A DNA stretch of 64,000 nucleotides, taken from contig OX597833.1 in assembly GCA_951406725.2 (NCBI GenBank), positions 38,688,001-38,752,000 of the forward strand. The letters run 5' to 3'. The position numbers and the translations under genes were made by a program. The notes below the pieces were generated by a model. It did not search any database. It worked only from the letters and a program-made list of their open reading frames with translations, and had not been told where the DNA came from. Source of the stretch: Octopus vulgaris. Its lineage: Eukaryota. The first letter of the stretch is position 1. Each line of letters begins with the position of its first letter. This document shows, one piece after another, positions 53,863 through 64,000 of this stretch.

Positions 53863-54576
53863 ATTCTCTCTAACATATTTCAGGTGACAATCTATACTCT
53901 ATTGTCGATTATCATGAGTGAGCCTGGCACTTCACTTGCCATGCACATTACCTGTTTTCATGATCATGACCATCATTACTTCAGCCACCAAGTCCAATAT
54001 TTTCAACTACAAGTACAACACAGACTTTACAGACACTGATGATCTGGAACCTCGTATAATCCACACTAATCTACAGTAATGTAATGGGACTTGTATTTTA
54101 TATGAATATTCAAGTAAATTTGATATTTGTTTAATTTAGAATGTGTTGATTAAAGTGACTCATCCTGATTTATAAAAAATTAGTAATCTAGGAAGGGTTT
54201 GGAGCAAAAGGTTCCAGAAAATGATGTTGTACCTGTGCTAAGATGGAATCAATGACAGAGCTATCCTTTCACTCTCTCTTTCAGCACATACATATACTTT
54301 TTGACACCCTGGGCAGACAACACCCAGCAGGAAACGAGGTTGGGGGAGATATAGAAACAATATTTAGTTTCAGGAATTCCTGATAAAACTTGTATTTTGT
54401 TTTATTACACGAGTTCCACCCCGTATGACAACTTTGAAAGGGGTAGAATTCCCAGTAGTAGAATCAGTAGGGCACCTATTAACATCCTGAGAGCTTCCAG
54501 TCTCTGGAGTGGAGAAAGAGGCAATAAAATAAACATTTGTCATGTACTGGAGTCAGTTTAATCAAGAGCCACTCAC

Positions 54577-54597
54577 CTTCAAGTAAACATTGTGATC
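54577..54597 (-). other. Candidate 21-nt microexon
   Basis: Perfect donor AAG|GTGAGT; weak acceptor gttaatttAG. Open in phases 0 and 1. Confidence 0.22.
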
Positions 54598-56439
54598 CTA
54601 AATTAACCTGCAATGGCCATCCCCAGAGAGAAATGGTGAAACACCACACCACAGCTCAAATCATGCAGATGGTACATTTACCAATCACTCAATTATAAGA
54701 GTCAATAAAATAAATAACAGTAAAACATTATGGTCAGTTTAATCAATTGTACTTCTTTCCTGAGTACTAGGTGATAGCTCTCACTCAATATCATTCACAT
54801 TTAATAATTCTTTCTACTATAGACACAGGGCCTGAAATACTTGGGGAGGGAGCTAATTGATTACATCAACCCCAGTGTGCAACTAGTACTTATTTCATCA
54901 ACCCTGAAAGGATAAAAGGCAAAAATCAACTTTGGCAGAGTTTGAACCCAGAATGTAAAGATGGATGAAATGCCACTAATGCTAATAATTCTGCCAACTT
55001 GCCAGCTTTAAAAATAAAACTTTTTGTATAAACTCTGTAGACAAATTGCACTAAAACGAAGGCCCAATCAATGTTATTGACAGGAATGTGACTCAAAACA
55101 TTCAAAAGGGACTAGTTTTGGGCAATGCGACCATGCTAATAACAAGACTATTCCACCTTTACAATGGGGTGTGTTGAGCCAATGAAGGACCCTCCCAATG
55201 TCATCACTTGACTTGTCAGAAATAGCAGCCAAATCACACACCTTCTAGGAAAAGGACACAAATAATTAGATCCTGGATCCCTACACACTGTGGGTAGGAT
55301 GGTCATAGAATATATTCAAATACAAGTCTGTTCTATCAAGACAGACTTCAGGTTTAAACAACAATTGCAACAACAAATGGGATGAGTGGATATTCAAAAG
55401 AAATCAATATTAGAACTGGTTCTTTGCATCAGGCACCAAAAGCTTTGTACACAAACACCACACTTACATATAAATGCATTCTACCCACCACACGCACACA
55501 CATACACACACACAACCACTCTAATGGGGACAGACTGTTCATTCTTCAGGTGATATAGACAGGTCAAAAATGAAATAAAAAGAAAAAAGCTCTTTCTCTC
55601 ACCAGTTCACTAGTTAAACAAACAGACATAAATGGCTCTGATAAATAAGACAGTTAATTCAAATAATGAAGCAGCCTGTGTGTGTGTGTGTGTGTATATG
55701 GGTGGGTGTGTGCATGTACATGTATAATAATCTCATTGCTCTTACTCATCTAAATGCACCGTAAACTCTTTCTTTCTCTCTCATAAAAATAAAAAAGCAA
55801 ATTTTAAAAAGTACTCAATACATGCAGTTACAGGAAATTTGTAGAGCTTTTGAATTTACAAATCCTTTTGAATTATGGAAGCAAGTAAGTTTAAAAGACA
55901 TGGGTGGAGTCAATTCATTCAACCTACAAGATGCTTTTTATGAACCAGAGAGTATCGACAAAGTTGTTCAACCTGACAGAAACAGTTGACAAATATGCCT
56001 CCAATAACATATCTAAAAATACACCGGTCACATTAAATAATGAAGTCTCTAACATACAAAAGGATGTACCAACAGATGGAGGTGGTCATGAATGGAAAGC
56101 TTTGAATGAATTGGGCTGACTTGTAAGAGGGCAGCAGTAGAGGCGAAACAAAGCTAAGTGGAAACTGCTCAGGGACCTTATTTTTGTATTTGGTTTGCAA
56201 GATTCTTTATGTAAATTTGTGTGTTGAAACACATTTTGTCATGTCTAAAGAGTCATATTGCCGATATAATTAACACACACACACTGGTTTAATTCCACTT
56301 ATTTATTAAATACCCAATTGTTTTTTGTTTGTCAAAGCTCTTTTGTTGCTTCTTGTAACCTTCTCAATGATTGATTAACTAAGAGAAAACAATACATTGT
56401 CATTTTCCCTAACAATAAGGGGGCAAGCCTTTACCATCT

Positions 56440-56890
56440 TACAGGTGCAATCAATCAATCAAGGAGAAAAAAGTCAAGGAATAGAAAGGTGAGATTGATA
56501 CCATTATTGACCCGTTCATAATTGTTACCTGTGGGAAAGATATGAGCAGGGAGGGAATTCTAGAGAGCTGATGCTCTTGAAATTAAGGACTGGGTGTAAG
56601 TGATAAATGCAGGGCAATGATGAATGGAGAGACGAGTAGGATGAGAATGACTAAAAAGATATGGTTTGAGCCTAACCAACTCCGAGAAGCAAAAGCCATT
56701 AAAGTAACAGTAGGAGAAAAAAAAAAAAAAAGAGGGGACAGCGCATTTGTGGGTCAGAAGCTAGAATATGCCAGTGAATGACTAAGTATCAATCACTTAA
56801 TTTGTGAACTAGGATGTCAGTGTATGCTGCAACAGCACCATCCCAGATGCGGGAGCGAAACTCCATTGATGGCAATAAACAGATCTTGAT
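56440..56890 (-). mobile_element. CR1/Jockey-group LINE 3' fragment
   Basis: MEFRSRIWDGAVAAYTDIL (cf. MEYCSHIWxGA) and SYCYFNGFCFSELV (cf. FYRYFNGxCSSEL). (TTGA)n tail at ~56448-56462. Confidence 0.7.
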
Positions 56891-57608
56891 TCTAGTACAT
56901 GTTTTTTCTGGTACTTATTTTATCGAAATCTATTTGTTGAACTGCTAAGTTACAGGACATATAGAAACATGCCATCATTTTACACTGGTCATACATGCAC
57001 ACACACACATATATATATATACACACATGTACATGATGGGCTTCTGTACAGTTACTATCAACTGAAGTCCATTCCAAAGTATTAGTCAACCCAAAGCTAA
57101 AATAGAAGACACTTGTCCAAATGTTGCAGTGTGCGTTAACCCAGACTCAATCATGTGGTAGCAAATCACACACGTAGGTGTGTGTGTATGTGTGTGCAAG
57201 CAGAACAATGCTTATGCCTCCACACACACACACACACACATGCGCAGAGAACACAAGCACACACACACACACACACACGCAGAGGCACACAAGCACACAC
57301 ACACACACACACACACAGAGGCACTTTCACAGAACATTTTAATATATTTCACAATCCAGAAATCGAAAACAAAAACAAAAGAACATCATTAACAAGTATT
57401 CCTCACCAGATATAATTACATATTAATTCAATGCCACAAGTCCTATAGCTCATTTAAAAATTAATTAATGACTGGATGATTTGTTGAATTCATTTAGACA
57501 ATTTTGCTTGTATTCAAGAAATATTTAGCCGAAGGGAGACTAGCTTTTAGCACAAACCTGCAACACTAACACAACAGATGTTACTAAAATAGGAGTACAA
57601 TTTTAGAT

Positions 57609-57864
57609 CAGTGGTTCCCAAACTTTTTCAGACTGCTTCTCCCTTGGTACCTGGGTCACATTCCTAGCATCCCCCCACACTCACCACCATAAAAACACAG
57701 AGTACATTTTGTATCAAATTCAAAATAACTGTATTTCACATATAAAACTTAACCTAATAAACCCATTATTTTGTAGTTTTTACATCCATCGCCCTGTTCT
57801 GAGCATCCTATTATTGCCCAACCTTTCTTCAATACCCCTCTGGACCTTTCCACTGCCCCCACTG
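57609..57864. mobile_element. hAT (Charlie-like) MITE
   Basis: Starts CAGTGGTTCCCAAACT and ends CCACTG. Perfect 8-bp TSD TTTTAGAT at 57601-57608 and 57865-57872. Confidence 0.88.
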
Positions 57865-57969
57865 TTTTAGATGAGAGAGCTGCATGCGAGTTTGAAGGTG
57901 TAGTGCAGTTGTCTGCTATGTATATATGTATGATCTGACTAAAGTAAAACTTAGAGCAGAAGTTATAAA

Positions 57970-58191
57970 CCCTTTAGCATTTAATGTGGCTGTATCCAGC
58001 CTAAATATTCTACCTGCTTTATGTTACAGCTGACCAGATCCAACATCTCGTACCTAACCTACAAGGCCTTTCTAAAAATATGCAAACACACCATTGAAAT
58101 CTCGAAGCTACAAGATGATGTGTGGATTTAATTCCAAACAATGTAAATGAATAAGCAATACCTTTGACAAAGAAATCTGAATGCTAAATGA
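57970..58191. mobile_element. piggyBac-like MITE P2 (reverse orientation)
   Basis: CCCTTTAGCATTTAA...TGAATGCTAAATGA|TTAA; reverse of 50217-50436. Confidence 0.75.
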
Positions 58192-58287
58192 TTAAGGAGA
58201 AATTTGTTAGACAGCCTCCAAGAAATTCAAAGTATTTCCCACTTCTGGAGGAAGAAGAGTGAAATATAAAGAGCCTGCATGAAGATG

Positions 58288-58328
<41 letters not shown>

Positions 58329-58722
58329 TACAGACTGGGAGGAGTGGGGAGACTGTGCTAATAATTGTATATATATAAAGCTCATCATATGTGATCTACA
58401 GGACTTATAAAAGCATAAATATATATGACCTAGAGGAAATTACAATAACGAATTGGAGACCAGGTTATTGTAGTTGTGGTTGCCCAAATAGAAGTTCAAT
58501 GTTGCAGTTTGAGTTGAAGTGGTATAATGAATTACTTCTACTTGAATGGACTTGAGATTTGAAACTTATTGGGGGGAAGAACTTGGCCAAGAGTACAGTG
58601 TCTCAGGCAAGTTTTGGCAGAAGAGCAATTTGCATTCCATTCAGCATATGGTTTCCACACAGGCCTCTGCTTCATTGCAACCTGGAGACAGAGTTCCTGA
58701 TTAATGGTAGGTCCCTGCTCAC

Positions 58723-58734
58723 CTATCATTTCCT
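58723..58734 (-). other. Candidate 12-nt microexon (xEMIx, phase 1-1)
   Basis: (CT)n plus ttcttattgtttcctttcctacttgacttaAG|AGGAAATGATAG|GTGAGC. Confidence 0.33.
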
Positions 58735-60130
58735 CTTAAGTCAAGTAGGAAAGGAAACAATAAGAATTGCATAGGGAGAGAGAGAGAGAGAGAGATGGGG
58801 GAGAGCAAAGGAGGAAAAGATAAGCAGATAGAGATTGGCACAGAGAAGAGAAAGGCAGAGAGGAACCGAGGAAAGGCGAAGAGGGAGAGGTTATCTGGAC
58901 AGCATCAATGCATAAAACAAACATACATTAAGCTCCTCAACCCCTTGCCTTCCTTTTCTCCACCTATAATGCACTATTGCACTGCATCACCACCACCACC
59001 ACCACCGCCAACAACAACAGCAGCAACAACAACCTCTAGCCAGGCCCTCCTTTATGCACCCCGACCCACTCATAGCCATAATGAGATTGACAAGCTACCT
59101 ATCCATTCAACACCTGGCACTGGTCTCAATAGCCTCCTGACACAGCTGGAACTTTATTTTGAATAGGTTGACATCACACACACACACCATATATCACACA
59201 CACTACACACCCCCACATTCACCTAGCCTTCTTCTTTCTTTCCTCCCTTTCCCCTACCTCAATTACCCCACCACCACCAACCCACACACACCTTAACCTT
59301 CTCTCAACAAGCACTGCATCAGAAAACCCCTGCCAGCTATTATTGACACAGGGACCCAAAATCATAATTATGGCAATAACTGATACAGAAAATAACAAAA
59401 AAAACAACTTTTACAACTAAAAAAAAAATCACTAGAAGTAATACAAACAACTATAATGATGGCACCCCACCTCATTTCTTTATCTTCACACACACACACA
59501 CACACACAAACTCTGCCTCTTCCTCAGTCTCTTGTTTACCACCACAATAACTAAACCAATGAAAATATTATCAACAAATAGTGATTATAACCACTGCTGC
59601 TGTTCCTCTTCCTCTCACCACTGTCACCTCTTCATTCCTACTGCTTCCTGCTTCCACTTCCCAATAACAAAGACTACAATAGAAGTGACAGAGAGGAGGG
59701 TGGAGAACTTGATTTAACATATTCCAATTAAGGTGACTGGAGTGGTGTTAGTGGTGGTAATAAACACACTTCCCCTCCCCTCTAGGAACCCCCATCCATT
59801 CACTTTAGTTGCCTGTCAAAAGTTTCAAACATCACCACCACTACCCTAAAGCTACTACTGCTACCATTGGAAGGGATAGTAAAAGGAAGAGAAAGTCCTT
59901 GGTCCATTGAAGTTGCCCCATTAATTGTATTTTTCCCCCCTTGTAAAAAATAAATCAGTTACTTTCCAACCGGCTTTAAATTTAGTACCCTACAGCAAAA
60001 AAGTTACAATTTGTTTCCACAAACAATACATTTTCTGTGAAATAAATGCAATACTGAAAATAATAAAACTCTTCAATTAAAAAAAAAATCAAATATCTAA
60101 AAAAGAAAATATATTAATCATACAAAATAT

Positions 60131-60846
60131 AGGTGCAGATGTGGCTGTGTGGTAAGAAGATTCCATCCCAACCACATAATTCCAGGTTCAGTCCCACTCC
60201 TACAATAACCCTGAGCCAACTAAAGCCCTATAAGTAGATTTGGTAGCTGGAAAGTGAAAGAAGCCCATTGAGTACACACACACACACACAAAACAACTGT
60301 GATAGACTTGATAATTGCTGAGGTCTTCCTTAACATGAAACCAATGGTATCCATATATATATAGGTTCTGAGATGTTGGTATTCAACAAGAGCAAACATT
60401 CTAAAGCAGATCTGACACAGTAAGTGTACATGAAGTGAGCAATAATGACTGAACAAGTTACATGATTTCAGAGATGTATTTGTCTGGTAAGTGATTTGAT
60501 CTGAGATTGTGTATTGAAACTAAAACAATTATAGGGTGGAAGATAAGTATTAGCCTTTCAAAAGCACAAAGACATAAATTCACTTAACATTTAAACTGGC
60601 CATATCTGGCCAAAATATTCAACCTGTTTTATCCATACGTATGTGCATATATATAAAAAAAAAAAAAAAAAAAGACGAAGACAGGTGGTGTAGACAACAA
60701 ACAGGTGTATTAGTATAATGCTCGGAAAGTGAAAAAGTCTTTAACATTTCGAGCACTATGCTCTTCCACAGAAAGAAACAAGGAGAGAAAATAAAGAATG
60801 TGTAGTGGCTAGCAATCTATCATGGCTATATAAGTATGTATGTATG

Positions 60847-60883
<37 letters not shown>

Positions 60884-60996
60884 TTATTATATAGAGGGAG
60901 CTTCTACAGGACTAGTACGGACTACAGGACTAATTTTACTCTGCTATGTATTGAGTACCTTACTTACTGTGGTTAACCCCGAATCTACCCGGGACC

Positions 60997-61035
<39 letters not shown>

Positions 61036-61500
61036 CCATGAATGTTTGTTTTTTATGTTTGCTCATAATAAAAACAATTTTATATTAATGTGAGGGAGTA
61101 CTCTATATTTTTATCATTCTTAAACAAGAATATTATTGACAGTGGCTTTCAAGTTTCAGCCAACCAAGCCATTGTCAAATTGTGCAATGAAGTTAATCTT
61201 TGCTTTATAGAATCTCTGTTGAATTAAAATCTTCCTTTGGTATGTGGGTTTGAATGGAGTGGTAATTAGGTTGTAGAGTGGTTTGTGATAGAGAGGTGTA
61301 TATATATGTGTGTGTGTGTTTGTGATTGTCCCCCACCACAGCTTAACAACTGGTGTTGCTTTCTTTGCACCCCCATAATTTAGTAGTTTGGCATAAAGAG
61401 ACTGAGAGAATAAGTACCAAGCTTAAAAAAAAAAAAAAATCTTTAAAACAGTGCCCCAGCATGGCCACAGTCTAATGACTGAAACAAGTAAAAGGTAAAA
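60131..61500 (+). mobile_element. SINE family A apparently split by ~1 kb of nested inserts
   Basis: Head at 60131-60270 and tail at 61305-61500. The interval holds a P2 fragment, Penelope-like pieces and (TA)n runs. Confidence 0.65.
60738..60776 (-). ncRNA. Variant/degenerate minimal hammerhead in a Penelope-like fragment (~60672-60826)
   Basis: UCUUU-CUGUGGA-A-GAGC-auagu-GCUC-GAAA-U-GUU-AAAGA. Stems I and II pair perfectly. Core position A6 is U. Confidence 0.5.
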
Positions 61501-61534
61501 AGGTAAATAATATATATGCATATAAGTGATGAAA

Positions 61535-62080
61535 TCTCCCGTTGAAGACGACGTATGAGTGTTCAGTTTTTGTTGAATGCCCTGCACAGATGATTTGTTG
61601 GTATGTGCCTTATATTTGCTCGTTCTCTCCCTCAAATTGACATTGCCTGAATAGATGCATAGTGCATCACATCAGGTGTTGAAGTGATCGCCAAGCAACA
61701 TGAGACGAGGTGTTTTGCTCAGGAACACAATATACCACCTGGTCCAGGAATTGAAACCATGATCTCACAATTGTGAATGCAACATTCAAACCACTAGCCA
61801 ATGTGCCCCTGACTTAGTGGCTAGGGTGTCGCACTCGTGAGCAAGAGATGGGTTCAAGTCTCCATCCAGGCAGTACTTAGTATTCTTGAGTAAAACATTT
61901 CATCTTATATTGCTGTGTAATCATGATAATATCTGATGGGTGGCACACTGCACCTGTATAGTGTGCCACACCAATTTGATGTAGGGAGTTAGCTTATGTG
62001 CAGTGCGAACATTTGATCACCATAAACAATTCACCTGTGCAGGTTGTTCAGCAAGAAATTACAGACTGGCTTTCCTTGGA
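61535..62080. mobile_element. Head-to-head pair of related tRNA-derived SINEs (~61535-61808 minus; ~61810-62080 plus)
   Basis: Minus head TGGCTAGTGG...GGTTTCAATTCC; plus head GACTTAGTGG...GGTTCAAGTC. Shared body motif ACAA(A/T)TCA(T/C)CTGTGCAGG. Confidence 0.7.
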
Positions 62081-62089
62081 TGAAGACTA

Positions 62090-62136
<47 letters not shown>

Positions 62137-63374
62137 TTCCGCATTTCAGACTCAATGTTAAATATGTTAAAAAAGAAAAATGCTAATTAATTACCTAATA
62201 CATTCATTAATTCATGATCAAAATATCCTCTACAAATGATAGCTAAACTATTGTATATCAGTCAGTATGTGATTGATATCTCCCATCTGTAAAATTAATA
62301 TCAGCTACATCAACGAAAATGGAAACAGAAGATTAAAATAATTGGAAAATAAAAATGAGAAGAAATCAATAGCAACTCCATATTTTTTTTTCAAATTTGT
62401 CTTTAATTAGCATACTCCTATTAATATACACTTTGTCTCTTAATTAATATACGCTAAAATACCACACATTTGAGTTGGATAATTTTATGGCTATTTTTCT
62501 TTTCTTTTTTTTTTGTTTCTTTTCTTTTTAATTGACTAATTTTACAGTAAATTTTCAAAAGAGCATAAACACAACAAAATAGACACACCAAATGCATCAT
62601 TACTAAATTTTGCACTTTTTTTTTATCAACTAATTTCATATTGTAACTTCAAAACAAGCAGGAAAAAAAAAACCAACCCAAAAAGCAAAGCAAAGGCAAA
62701 AAACAAAACAAAACAAAACAAATCGAATCAAAAGCTTACAAAGAGTCTATTAGTGCCAATTATTGTTTTGTTATTAACTAATATCATATCATAACAAAAA
62801 TACATAAGAGAAAAAAAAAAGAAGAAAAAGGAATACATAAAGGGTAAATTACTAACAATTGAATTGTTTTTAATTTTAATTATGAGTGACTTTTTTCTTT
62901 GCTGTTGTTATTGTGAGCACAACTAATTTAACTGCAATCTATCTCAATGCAAAATGAGATAATGATGTATTATCGTTACTGTTGTTATTATTTTTAATTT
63001 TATTACTATTGTTGTATGATTGCATTATTTTTGTTGTGCTGATAAAACAAAAGATTTCATTCAAGCCAATATATTTCAGCTATAACATCTGTTTTGCTGT
63101 TGGCATCAGATTTCGGTAAAGAGCTGGATAAAAACCCACTTCAAGAAAAAAAAAAAAAGGACAAAGAAAGATGTGAATTGTGAATTGCAGTTGTAACTCC
63201 ACACCACTTTGCACCCCTCTCTATCCATGTCTATGATAGTAAAAAAAAAAAAAAAAATAGCGAGTTAGATATAGGTTTAGCTTTTGCATAAATAGTTGGG
63301 ATTGAATACAGAAACTAAAGGTTAGGGGCCATTGCTATGAAGTATTGACTAATCCCACTTCTTTGTACACACAC

Positions 63375-63413
<39 letters not shown>

Positions 63414-63439
63414 TGATACATTCAATAAGACTTTGGTTT

Positions 63440-63625
63440 ATCATCATCGTCATCATCCTATAACATCTGTTTTCCATACTGGCATGGTTTGGATGGTCTG
63501 ACTGGAGCTGCCAAGCCAGAGAGCTGCACCAGGTTCCAGTTCAATTTGGCCTGGTTTCTACGGTTGGATGCTCTTCCTAACGCCAGCCACTTTACAATGT
63601 ATGCTGGGTGCTTTTTAAGTGGCAA
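63440..63625 (-). mobile_element. Family B retroposon end
   Basis: (CAT)n tail, then TTTCCATACTGGCATGG...GGATGCTCTTCCTAACGCCAGCCAC. Confidence 0.8.
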
Positions 63626-64000
63626 TGCATATATTTAATGATAGTGGTGGTGGGTGTATAGTCACTTATGCCAATCTCAGTATTTTATTTTGTCTATGGA
63701 AAGAAGAAAGTCAAAATCAACCAAAGCAGGATTTGAGCTTGAGTTGTAAAGGACTATAAATGTTTAATAATAAAAGAAAATGCAATCAGAGTGAGAAATC
63801 AATTATTACAGATAATAAACAACAGTCAAATTATCTGGTGTTTACCCATTTATTTATTCTAGCATCAGTGCAATGCTTTCTTTCCAGATTGCTGGAAATA
63901 AATGCCCTTTCTCCCTCCCTGCTTTTTAATGCAAACATTGAAAACGGAAGTCAAATCTTCTGGTTAGTCAGGTAGACTGAACAAGCAAAGTTATAAAACC

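Overview
AT-rich, microsatellite-dense animal DNA, not prokaryotic. The repeat families point to an Octopus genome; this is my recognition, not a database result. No long genuine ORF is present: almost all ORF-track entries come from microsatellites or repeats. The window is dominated by several tRNA-headed SINE families, 3' ends of RTE-type LINEs (one apparently young copy has a 12-bp TSD), and piggyBac-, hAT- and mariner-type MITEs. It also holds a non-autonomous Helitron and fossil transposase/RT fragments (mariner, Tc1, Chapaev3-like, HERO-like, CR1/Jockey-group). The most notable items are a type I hammerhead ribozyme with an intact core (17317-17402, minus strand) with several decayed relatives, and an adjacent ~120-bp-arm inverted-repeat hairpin. 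A series of candidate minus-strand microexons and short ATG-containing exons suggests the window is intronic DNA of one large gene, which I cannot name. All exon calls rest on splice motifs and need RNA-seq confirmation. Repeat boundaries without a TSD are approximate.
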